39,532 bases of DNA from a virus: UHGV virus genome UHGV-1361184; one strand, given 5' to 3'. The notes under the pieces are model-generated. The model made no database searches. It had not been told where the DNA came from and saw only the letters and a list, made by a program, of their open reading frames with translations. A program made the translations under genes and the position numbers. Positions 32,013-39,532 of this stretch are shown piece by piece; the stretch's first letter is position 1, and every line of letters starts with the position of its first letter.

Positions 32013-33140
32013 TTACTGGAAATAGGACTCGTTTTTCTTTCTGTTAAGCTTAGAGCCAGTTCCTTTATGCCCGGCAGTAACGTGAAACTCCCATTCGTTA
32101 TTCTGCAGTGCGCTTTTTGTTAATCCGTAGAACCTTACTAAGAAACCACATTCAAGATTGTAATCTGGAAATCTAGCGACAACATCTGAGCGCTGAATTT
32201 TTCCTTCCAGGAATCCAGGAACAATCTCCTGACCTATGCGAAGATTGAAAAACTCCTGAGCTACACTCTCAGTTGGAACACACCAACCCGTGAACACACA
32301 TGACCCATCGTCTTCTCTTATGCGGTCCACATACCCATGCCATGTTATTTTTATTTCATCATGGTCAATGGTTAAATCCTGATTTAGATTAAGACCAATA
32401 TATTTAAGATATTCGTAAACATCTTCCATAACAAAGAACTTAAATGGGCTGGCAGCTTTAGAGGAGGCATGCATATCGTAATATTCAGTTTGTGTCATCA
32501 AGAATTTTTTGACCAGGTGATGACCGGCGCCCTTGAATGCTTTTAGTGCTTCAATATCATTGACGTCAACAAGGCCCTCTAACTTATTGCGCGCGCTTGC
32601 GATGTAGTCATCATAGTTCTTATGATGGAAGTGTAGGTAAATAATATCTGTATCAGTCTGCAGTCCTGATTCCACCTCTCCGCGATGAAACCCATTCCCT
32701 AGGGCAGTAATTCTTGATTTAGGGGAAAACACTTTTTCAGGCTTATGGCTCAATGCGAACTCTTTGGCATTGAGTGGATGGTTGCCATATGTGTATTTAA
32801 TTTTAAGGGTTGAGTCTATATCTTTGTATTTTAGTAATTCATCCCTCACATCATCACTTGAGAGAGAAACCTTACCCTTTGAAAACTCAACCCCAACAAA
32901 TTCGTCGCAATCAAGTGGAAGCATGAAATCATAATCATGGACACGCTTTAATTCTTCGTATTTATCTACGAAATAGATATGCCTTGTATTGAAATCGTCA
33001 AAAGTGTTTCTGTCATAAATAACATGCAACCCCTTTTGGCTATATTTTTCCAGAACGTCAGTACACCTCTGGTCGGCAGAGCCGTTATCGTAGACGTATA
33101 AATTTTCCAGGCCAAAAAGCTCAGCAGATGCAGTATCCAT
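32013..33140 (-). CDS. Putative GT-A-fold glycosyltransferase; apparent frameshift at the 5' end (N-terminal segment in the 33193..33138 frame)
   Basis: ENLYVYDNGSADQ (DxGS.D-type) and FMLPLDCDEF (DxD-like) motifs; AT-rich; MKVAVLMMQKDEYRLLEPW with AAGGA RBS lies just upstream in another frame. Confidence 0.55.
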   Translation of the reverse strand: MDTASAELFGLENLYVYDNGSADQRCTDVLEKYSQKGLHVIYDRNTFDDFNTRHIYFVDKYEELKRVHDYDFMLPLDCDEFVGVEFSKGKVSLSSDDVRDELLKYKDIDSTLKIKYTYGNHPLNAKEFALSHKPEKVFSPKSRITALGNGFHRGEVESGLQTDTDIIYLHFHHKNYDDYIASARNKLEGLVDVNDIEALKAFKGAGHHLVKKFLMTQTEYYDMHASSKAASPFKFFVMEDVYEYLKYIGLNLNQDLTIDHDEIKITWHGYVDRIREDDGSCVFTGWCVPTESVAQEFFNLRIGQEIVPGFLEGKIQRSDVVARFPDYNLECGFLVRFYGLTKSALQNNEWEFHVTAGHKGTGSKLNRKKNESYFQ

Positions 33141-33360
33141 GGCTCAAGAAGCCGGTACTCATCCTTCTGCATCATCAAAACAGCAACTTTCATCTCAAGA
33201 TCCTTTTAGTGTGTGTGGCATGAATATATCACGGCGCATTCTCCTGAGGGAGAAGCGCTGGTTGCAAACTGCTAAATCTCATGGATTCATCCTTGATAGG
33301 CCTAGCCATCTTGATCTGAATCTACTTTAAAACTACTGTATATAAAAACAGGTAAAAGGA

Positions 33361-33609
33361 GTGCAGATCATGCCCCGCAGTCACGACATTCACGCCTCAT
33401 TTGTGGCCGCAATACAGCTAAACCCCAAGGGCTACAGGTGCTTACGCACAGAAGACTTTATCCGCGAGCTGGCAAAGGTCCACTGGCATTTCAGCCGGGC
33501 CGACGCCAACGAGTGGATAGAGCGCTATCAGCCCGACTTCACCGACAAGACAACTGACGGAACCGACAATCACTACTGGATCCTGCGCAACATGGGGAGG
33601 GTTCACTGA
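33361..33609 (+). CDS. Hypothetical 82-aa protein, translationally coupled to the downstream UmuD-like gene
   Basis: Stop overlaps the next start (TGATG); gene size and position reminiscent of impC. Confidence 0.45.
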   Translation: MQIMPRSHDIHASFVAAIQLNPKGYRCLRTEDFIRELAKVHWHFSRADANEWIERYQPDFTDKTTDGTDNHYWILRNMGRVH

Positions 33610-33959
33610 TGGGCTTTCCTTCACCGGCGGGAGACTACGTAGAGCAGCGGTTAACACCGGAGCGTATCTGCGGGATCGGCATGCACAGCCGCATCCTCGA
33701 AACATCATCCGGCTTTGCCGTTATCGAACCGTGCACCAGGCTGGTACAGAATCAGGTTCTGCTGATTTTATCTGGCGGCAGAACGCAGTTTGCCAGGGTA
33801 ATGGGTAGGGCATTAATCACTGATGATGGTGAAGCGATCGAAGGGGAGGAGGCGGAGGAAGTTGAGGTGCTGGGGCGCGTGACGTTCTTCATCAACAGCG
33901 CGCTACAGGATGACAGGGTGGGTGATGGGTGGCATTACGCCACCTTTTCATCAAGCTAG
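33609..33959 (+). CDS. UmuD/ImpA-like (peptidase S24 fold) protein, apparently lacking the catalytic Ser/Lys motifs
   Basis: N-terminal GFPSPAGDYVEQRL is the hallmark UmuD/MucA/ImpA motif; no SGDSM or VKK motif found downstream. Confidence 0.5.
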   Translation: MGFPSPAGDYVEQRLTPERICGIGMHSRILETSSGFAVIEPCTRLVQNQVLLILSGGRTQFARVMGRALITDDGEAIEGEEAEEVEVLGRVTFFINSALQDDRVGDGWHYATFSSS

Positions 33960-34249
33960 TTCGCCCACCACTGCATCATTTCTCTGCGCTTAATGTAGCG
34001 GATGCATCACTATCACATAGTGATGGTTCATTACTGCTTTGTAGAATGGATAGAGAACTGAGGATAAAAAGATATCCCAAAACCCCAAAATCTCATCTTT
34101 AGGATTTGCAGAAAGGGAGGCGTGAACAGATACCTGCGCATGAAGACGGAACTAGTCCAGATGTGATATTTGTGGTGATCACATACATCATCAACGATGC
34201 TCGTTATGGTGAGTTTGATGACTACCCGCTGAAGTGAAAATAGTGTTGT

Positions 34250-34542
34250 GTACCAAATTGCGTACCAAACTAAAATCACAAATCATGAAACCCTTGTTCA
34301 TGGCGGTTCTCAGGGGTATTGCGCGTAATCGTGAAAGAGGAAGGTAGGTTGTTTATCTGTGTCTGTCATTGTCTAGTATTGTCCACTGTAGTTAATTAAC
34401 TGTCTGTTATAACTCGAAAAACAACCCTTTTTTAACCTGAGTATGTCTACGAACGTCAAATATAGTTGTTTACTGTGCGCTGTTGTCCATGTGATATTGT
34501 GTACCAGATGTGTACCAAACCATTATTTTTGAGCGTACCAAA
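34250..34542. repeat. attP region with five direct arm-type repeats GTACCA(A/G)A
   Basis: Copies at 34250-34257, 34262-34269, 34501-34508, 34512-34519, 34535-34542, flanking an AT-rich stretch just upstream of int. Confidence 0.5.
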
Positions 34543-34550
34543 TATTATTT

Positions 34551-35729
34551 ATGGCTATAAGCGACACAAAACTGCGTACTATTTATGGTAAACCATATTC
34601 GGGCCCACAAGAAGTGGCTGATGCCGATGGCCTCAGCGTACGAATTTCACCGAAGGGGGTCATCCAGTTCCAGTACCGCTATCGCTGGCATGGCAAGCCT
34701 AATCGACTTGGGCTTGGTCGATACCCATCCCTGTCTTTGAAGGATGCCAGACAGATCACTGCTGACTTGCGAAAGCTCTATTTCTCAGGAACGGATCCAC
34801 GCACTTATTTTGAAGAGAAGGTGGAGAACTCCATGACGGTCGCCCAGTGTCTCGACTACTGGTTCGACAACTACGTCTCTACAACTCTCAGAGAAAAGAC
34901 CCAGGCACTTTACCGATCAACGGTTATGAAGCGCATGCATGACGCCTTCCCTAATCGTCCGGCATCTTCTATCACGGTTAAGCAATGGGTTGACCTGCTT
35001 ACCGAAGAAGAAAAAGATAATCCACGCCGAGCAAGACAGGTGCTAAGTCAACTAAGATCAGCAATTAGTTGGTGCATGCGGCGCCAGTTGATAGATAGTT
35101 GCGCAATTATGAGCATCCAGCCAAGGGACTTCGGCTCCCGCGCTGAGGTAGGGGATCGGGTACTGTCGTATCACGAACTGGCTAAGATTTGGCTTGCTAT
35201 TGAAAGAAGCCGTGCGTCTACGTCAAATAAGCTCCTTCATCAGATGCTTATGCTGTGGGGGGCGAGGCTCTCAGAGCTTAGGCTGGCAACAAAGACAGAA
35301 TTTGACCTGCTGGACAACGTATGGACCGTACCGAAAGAGCATAGCAAGATGGGTAATGTTATCCGCCGTCCAATCTTCGAACAAATTAAGCCTTTTCTCG
35401 AAAAGGCCATGACAACGTACAATGATGTTCTTTTCCCTGGAGAAGACATAAACAAACCGATCAGCATCGCTGCAGCCAACCGATTCGTAAACAGAATAAG
35501 GGGAGGGATGGATCTAGGTTACTGGCGAACACATGATTTCAGAAGAACGCTTGTTACACGTCTGTCTGAGATGAATGTCGAGCCTCATGTCACTGAGCGA
35601 ATGCTCGGTCATGAACTTGGCGGGATAATGTCCGTGTACAATAAACACGACTGGATAGAGGCTCAGCGTAAAGCGTATGAGCTTCACGCTGATAAATTGT
35701 TCTGGCACATCAGGAGCATTTCTGATTAA
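34551..35729 (+). CDS. int: Tyrosine integrase (P4-type, DUF4102-like N-terminal arm-binding domain)
   Basis: 392 aa; N-terminal GLSVRISPKGVIQFQYRYRWHGK...LGRYPSLSLKDAR; C-terminal catalytic region HDFRRT...LGHELGGIMSVYNKH. Confidence 0.9.
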   Translation: MAISDTKLRTIYGKPYSGPQEVADADGLSVRISPKGVIQFQYRYRWHGKPNRLGLGRYPSLSLKDARQITADLRKLYFSGTDPRTYFEEKVENSMTVAQCLDYWFDNYVSTTLREKTQALYRSTVMKRMHDAFPNRPASSITVKQWVDLLTEEEKDNPRRARQVLSQLRSAISWCMRRQLIDSCAIMSIQPRDFGSRAEVGDRVLSYHELAKIWLAIERSRASTSNKLLHQMLMLWGARLSELRLATKTEFDLLDNVWTVPKEHSKMGNVIRRPIFEQIKPFLEKAMTTYNDVLFPGEDINKPISIAAANRFVNRIRGGMDLGYWRTHDFRRTLVTRLSEMNVEPHVTERMLGHELGGIMSVYNKHDWIEAQRKAYELHADKLFWHIRSISD

Positions 35730-35901
35730 CGCCACCGTTAAGAATCCACCCTTCAACAGCTTCACGAAGGTATGATTTGGGGTGGGTTCTGACTGGCTTC
35801 GGAAATCCGTGCCGTTTGGTATAGTTCCAGATTGTCTGACGTGATGAAACACCGAGCTTGTTCATCACTTCTTTCTCAGGAATCAGGCTGGTATCGGTCA
35901 T
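35710..35901 (-). CDS. xis: AlpA-family excisionase / DNA-binding regulator
   Basis: 63 aa with HTH (MNKLGVSSRQTIWNYTKRHGFPKPV); convergent with and overlapping the int 3' end. Confidence 0.6.
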   Translation of the reverse strand: MTDTSLIPEKEVMNKLGVSSRQTIWNYTKRHGFPKPVRTHPKSYLREAVEGWILNGGVNQKCS

Positions 35902-36050
35902 CTTAATTCTCCAGGCAAAAATAAACCGCCATATAGCGGCTCTATCAGATATGTACAGGCCTCATCGAGTGTGAGGCGTTAGTCCTTGCGTAGCTCGCTG
36001 ATTCTTCTGTAAGTCTCTGGTGCTTTGTTATCTCACGCAGTGCCTGATAG

Positions 36051-36356
36051 TCAATCTTGCTCACTGGTTGCCTCCTTTGCTGGGCTTTCGAATGTATCAA
36101 ACTCAAACAACTTAACTACGTCATCAAACAGGACATAATCGCCATCAGAATCTTCAGTCATGTCAGCGCCACAATCCTGACCGAACGAGTCGCAACCATC
36201 CATATCAAGCTCGTATCGCTTAAGGTTTGCGATATTTGATAAATTCAACGCCAGTACAGCAAGGTCATAAACCTCGTCAACGGTATACCCTGCACCATGC
36301 CCATACATTTCAATGCGCGATATGATTTCTTCTACTCGTTGTTTTGTGATTGTCAT
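36051..36356 (-). CDS. Hypothetical acidic early protein (101 aa)
   Basis: ORF in early-left operon; start overlaps upstream stop. Confidence 0.5.
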   Translation of the reverse strand: MTITKQRVEEIISRIEMYGHGAGYTVDEVYDLAVLALNLSNIANLKRYELDMDGCDSFGQDCGADMTEDSDGDYVLFDDVVKLFEFDTFESPAKEATSEQD

Positions 36357-36958
36357 TTTTGATCACATCCTTTGCGAAGCTGGGCGGCGATATCTTCGAG
36401 AACGCCATCAGAGAATGAGCGGTCAAAATCGCCTTCCGGCGCATTAGCCATAAACTCAGTAGAGGTAAGAATCATCCGGGCAATATCCGCGGCGTTCTTC
36501 GCAGTATCATCAATAAAACCAGCTTCCCAGGCAGCCAGCATTCTGTTCGCCACAAAGTAAGCGCCCTCCTTGCGTGCTTCAGTCTTCACTTCAGCCAGGA
36601 AAGCATCGGTGGCTGGTGTTTGCGGCATCCCTCCATCTGTTGCGCAGATATACGCATCAGATATTTCATCCTGCTCGCCATCAAACACGTAGCAACTCTG
36701 TGCGATAAATTTATTCAGCCCAGCATTCTCCGCTGCCAGCGCCGAAAACTTCTCGTGTGCCAACTTAACAGCCGAATCAGCCTGCTTAATTGACTCAATC
36801 GCTCTCTGGTGGTCTTCGGACAGAGCCGAAATCTTGGCCTCAGCTTCAGCAAATTTACGCACCAGATATTCAGCGTTTGTTTCGTTAACATTTAAATCAC
36901 TTGGGATGCATTTGCCTTTCAGAAAACCATCCATCTCAATTAGTGTCATTTGTTTCAT
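36353..36958 (-). CDS. Hypothetical early protein (201 aa)
   Basis: ORF in early-left operon; no motif recognised. Confidence 0.55.
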   Translation of the reverse strand: MKQMTLIEMDGFLKGKCIPSDLNVNETNAEYLVRKFAEAEAKISALSEDHQRAIESIKQADSAVKLAHEKFSALAAENAGLNKFIAQSCYVFDGEQDEISDAYICATDGGMPQTPATDAFLAEVKTEARKEGAYFVANRMLAAWEAGFIDDTAKNAADIARMILTSTEFMANAPEGDFDRSFSDGVLEDIAAQLRKGCDQK

Positions 36959-37137
36959 TTTTTTCCACTCCGCAACATCGCATTCAGATATTTGTTGTCA
37001 TTAACAGAACCGAAACTATTTCTCTTAAGCAATTCCTCTCTCGATGGCATTGGCTTTACGCGTTGGCGAATAATCATTTCTGCCGGAAGAATTCCGGGAT
37101 TGTATGCAAGTCCTCTCATGGTAAATTCCTCAGTCAT
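36955..37137 (-). CDS. Small early protein (60 aa; internal start of track ORF 36955..37272)
   Basis: ATG at 37137 overlaps the stop of the upstream gene (ATGACTGA); the longer track ORF would overlap its neighbour by 140 nt. Confidence 0.35.
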   Translation of the reverse strand: MTEEFTMRGLAYNPGILPAEMIIRQRVKPMPSREELLKRNSFGSVNDNKYLNAMLRSGKK

Positions 37138-37426
37138 TACTGATAGCGCCATAGCGTGAGCGGTAATTACGCAGGCGCGGGTCGATATATTCAGGGAAGT
37201 GGGTATATGTGGCTTTGCGGAATGGTCGGATTGATGTCTGGTAAATTCGCTCGCGTTCTTCTTTCTCTGCAAGCCATATACAGTGGCGAAATTCCTTTTC
37301 CTCTTTCGTTTCCTGCGGTAGAGACATTATTCGATCGTAGTTTTTCCTGAATTTATCCAGCACCTCCGATACGGAATTGCCGGAACAGCGGCGTGCGTCA
37401 TCCGCACCATACAGAGGCACTGGCAT
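37130..37426 (-). CDS. Hypothetical early protein (98 aa; position of P22 abc genes)
   Basis: ORF between the SSB-like gene and downstream small ORF; synteny only. Confidence 0.45.
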   Translation of the reverse strand: MPVPLYGADDARRCSGNSVSEVLDKFRKNYDRIMSLPQETKEEKEFRHCIWLAEKEERERIYQTSIRPFRKATYTHFPEYIDPRLRNYRSRYGAISND

Positions 37427-37449
37427 AATTAAATCCTTATTTTTCTAAA

Positions 37450-37833
37450 TCAGAATGGGATGGAATCGTCGTATACAGGAGTGTTCTGCTGGTTACTACT
37501 TTGCTGCTGCGGGCTGTTTCCTGAAGTTGCAAATCCAATCTTTGCATTCAGTAATTCAAGAGTGATTGATTGACCATTTTGCCCCTGATAAACATCAACC
37601 CTGATGTTTTCTCCGGTAATTTCCACAATTCCACCTTCAACAAGAACACTACGGTAGTAATCCGCTTGCGCTCCCGGCTTGGCAAATACAACGGCGCTGT
37701 AGTTTGTCCATTCTTTCTTTTTTGTCTGGCGATCGTAATACTGAACGCCAGCACGGATGTTGAATCCGATATTTTCCCCGGCCTGAAACTCTCTTGCGGG
37801 CTTGTTTAGTCTTACAGTAATCGAATGTGCCAT
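37450..37833 (-). CDS. SSB-like single-stranded DNA-binding protein
   Basis: C-terminal acidic tail ...PVYDDSIPF (SSB DDDIPF-type) after Gln/Ser-rich linker; ATG at 37833 overlaps erf stop (TAATG). Confidence 0.55.
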   Translation of the reverse strand: MAHSITVRLNKPAREFQAGENIGFNIRAGVQYYDRQTKKKEWTNYSAVVFAKPGAQADYYRSVLVEGGIVEITGENIRVDVYQGQNGQSITLELLNAKIGFATSGNSPQQQSSNQQNTPVYDDSIPF

Positions 37834-38438
37834 TAAGCAGCAGCTCCTTCTAATTCGTCTCGTCTGATGTTGTAAACGTCCTGCGCTTTGTGCTGCTCCG
37901 GTGTGCCTTCGAGCATCTTCCACGCTTTGGCGAACGCCTGTTTAAGCTCTTCCACGGTGTTTTTCTGCATTGCTGCGTCAGTGAATGCTTTTAGAACCTG
38001 TTCAGGTGTAGGTGATGGTTTTGATTGCTTTGCTGCTGCGTTCTGCTGATGTTTATGCTCGTCTGTATCTGCATCTTTCGCATCATCAATGCCGAACAAA
38101 CCATTGAGGCAATACTTGCGTGCATAAGAGCTTGTAGCTCCCGTAACTTGTGCAGAATCCATTCCTTTCTTGCTTTCTTCCTCTCGTGCAAGAGCGGTTG
38201 CTGTATGACTGTTTTCGCCATCGGTAATAGTTGCCGTGGCTTTCACGTAATACCGATCACCAATCAACACAACTTCATCGCTGATTGATAAAAACAGACC
38301 ATTCAGTAACGGCTTAACGCCTTCAAGAATATCTTCGCAGCTTCTGTATTTATATTTACCGAATGAGTTGTACTGATTTTTTGGCGCGTTCAGATTCTCC
38401 TGAATAGCTGCCAGTCTTGCGTAAAATTCTTTGCTCAT
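37833..38438 (-). CDS. erf: Erf recombination protein (P22-type)
   Basis: MSKEFYARLAAIQENLNAPKNQYNSFGKYKYRSCEDILEGVKPLLNGLFLSISDEVVLIGDRYYVKATATITDGENSH... matches P22 Erf as recalled. Confidence 0.9.
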   Translation of the reverse strand: MSKEFYARLAAIQENLNAPKNQYNSFGKYKYRSCEDILEGVKPLLNGLFLSISDEVVLIGDRYYVKATATITDGENSHTATALAREEESKKGMDSAQVTGATSSYARKYCLNGLFGIDDAKDADTDEHKHQQNAAAKQSKPSPTPEQVLKAFTDAAMQKNTVEELKQAFAKAWKMLEGTPEQHKAQDVYNIRRDELEGAAA

Positions 38439-38448
38439 ATGATTGTTC

Positions 38449-38619
38449 TCAGAATGGACACGGCCCAATGAAATAACGCTGATTTAATACTTCGACTCGG
38501 GACAAATTAAGGCATACCCGCATTCCTTCGCGGTCACCATTATGGCGATACCAGAGAGCTTTCTGCGTGTACATGCGTCTCTGTAACTTGCTCTCCTTCA
38601 CTGTGGTTGCAAGTGACAT
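38449..38619 (-). CDS. Small ORF (56 aa) immediately upstream of erf (arf position)
   Basis: AAGGAG RBS then ATG 38619; stop 10 nt before erf start; overlaps an alternative 52-aa ORF (38540..38698) in another frame. Confidence 0.3.
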   Translation of the reverse strand: MSLATTVKESKLQRRMYTQKALWYRHNGDREGMRVCLNLSRVEVLNQRYFIGPCPF

Positions 38620-38694
38620 GAATATCTCCTTCGTTACCGATTAATTCTTTCATCTGACGAATGAATTCTTCGTCTGACCAGTTATCTGTGAAAC

Positions 38695-38847
38695 TCATTT
38701 CCTGCGATACCACGGAAGGTTGATAGCTGATTTCATCGCTTTATTTGCTTCAAGCCACATTTTTGAATCACCAATAAATCGGGCTATTACTGCTTTGTTC
38801 TGTGCAGCACGAAGCATCTGGTGATTGATGGCTATTTCATTGCGCAT
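38695..38847 (-). CDS. Kil-like small protein (50 aa)
   Basis: MRNEIAINHQMLRAAQNKAVIARFIGDSKMW...; IA.FIGD.KM resembles lambda Kil as I recall it; overlaps cIII-like gene. Confidence 0.4.
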   Translation of the reverse strand: MRNEIAINHQMLRAAQNKAVIARFIGDSKMWLEANKAMKSAINLPWYRRK

Positions 38848-38963
38848 AATAAGACCTCAACTCTTTTCCATCCGTCACGTAATTTACGGGTGATTCGTTC
38901 AAGTAAAGATTCATTTAATTGGAAGGCACCCATGCGAGCGCCTCCCGCGATTGCGTAAATCAT
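38832..38963 (-). CDS. cIII: CIII-like protein (43 aa)
   Basis: MIYAIAGGARMGAFQLNESLLERITRKLRDGWKRVEVLLCAMK; SLLERITRKLRDGWKR matches the lambda CIII core. Confidence 0.65.
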   Translation of the reverse strand: MIYAIAGGARMGAFQLNESLLERITRKLRDGWKRVEVLLCAMK

Positions 38964-38987
38964 GGGTGGTTCCTTATATTGGTTTTA

Positions 38988-39532
38988 TTAGTAGGTTATT
39001 TTTGTTGCGAATACTTCGCCTTTTACGATGGCTGTTATGATATTTTTAGCAACATCTTCTGATGCGCCAACCTTGATAAGGTCAGCAAGTATTTTGTTAT
39101 TTACTTCTTTCCGGTGAGCTTTATCCTTTGCTCTACGCTCTTCTTCGTCCTTGATTCTTTTTTCTTCTGCTATTCTGGCTTGCTCTTTTGCTTCAGCCTC
39201 GCGCCGGATTCGTTCTGCCTCCTCCTGTGCTTTTCGGCGTTCTGCTTCAATTGCCGCCTGCTTTTCTCTTTCCGCTCGTTCTGCTGCCTCTTTTGCTTCG
39301 CGCTGTGCTCGTTGCTCGGCTTCAATGCGTTCACGCTCTGCACGTTCCGCTGCGGCCTTTGCTTCTGCTTCTCGCCTTGCTGCTGCTTCAATTTCGGCTT
39401 TTGCCTTTGCTTCGGCTTCTGCTCTGGCTTTCTCTTCAGCTTCTCTTTTTAAGCGTTCTTCATGCTCTCGCTTTTCCTGCTCCGCTTTGAGTCTTGCCTC
39501 TTCTCTTTGGCGGTCAAATTCGCGATCCATCA
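38988..39532 (-). CDS. 3' portion of a coiled-coil, Glu/Lys/Arg/Ala-rich protein; reading frame is open to the window end
   Basis: Stop at 38988-38990; frame open through 39530 (first in-window ATG) to the last base; highly repetitive KAEAEAKA/REAEAKA coding. Confidence 0.55.
   Translation of the reverse strand, partial: MDREFDRQREEARLKAEQEKREHEERLKREAEEKARAEAEAKAKAEIEAAARREAEAKAAAERAERERIEAEQRAQREAKEAAERAEREKQAAIEAERRKAQEEAERIRREAEAKEQARIAEEKRIKDEEERRAKDKAHRKEVNNKILADLIKVGASEDVAKNIITAIVKGEVFATKITY

Noticed and set aside
34031-34279. 82-aa minus-strand ORF in the attP region
   Set aside because: Low-complexity hydrophobic sequence, no RBS, overlaps the arm-type repeat region; more likely non-coding att DNA
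37833-37923. Longer N-terminal extension of the SSB-like ORF (start at 37923)
   Set aside because: Would overlap the erf coding region by 90 nt; the internal ATG at 37833 is coupled to the erf stop (TAATG), the usual arrangement
39114-39490. Plus-strand ORFs (39114..39452, 39188..39490) encoding Cys/Phe/Leu-rich repetitive peptides
   Set aside because: They are antisense to the coiled-coil gene and simply mirror its repetitive GAA/GCA/AAG-rich coding sequence

Overview
The window reads as an essentially complete, circularly permuted genome (about 39.5 kb) of a temperate, mosaic lambdoid phage of enterobacteria, not an integrated prophage (attP and int are intact, and early-left genes sit at both window ends). 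All calls rest on my own reading of the translated ORFs and DNA motifs; no database search or structure prediction was run. Main modules in order: early-left operon on the minus strand (N-like antiterminator with P22-type boxB, small ORFs, a coiled-coil protein spanning the window ends); lambda-type immunity region (OL/PL, cI, OR/PR/PRM, cro, cII-like); O-like initiator with internal iterons and a DnaB-type helicase; nin region (NinB-like, Dam-type methyltransferase, NinE/F/H, antirepressor, YbcO-like, RusA); Q-like gene with a PR'-like promoter and two tRNA-like genes; lambda-type lysis cassette (S, R, Rz/Rz1); P22-type packaging, head and ejection genes (3, 2, 1, 8, 5, 4, 10, 26, 14, 7, 20, 16 homologues); P22 immI (mnt-arc-ant); tailspike with a P22-like N-terminus; attP, P4-type integrase, AlpA-like excisionase; then erf, kil-like and cIII-like genes. 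Loci not explained by core phage functions, and the best candidates for an undescribed accessory or defence system: (1) an AT-rich small ORF plus cytoplasmic trypsin-like serine protease between Rz and the packaging genes; (2) a KilA-N gene followed by a disrupted ORF in the rexAB position downstream of cI; (3) a lipoprotein in the sieA position; (4) a frameshifted GT-A glycosyltransferase and an ImpC/UmuD-like gene pair between tailspike and attP.
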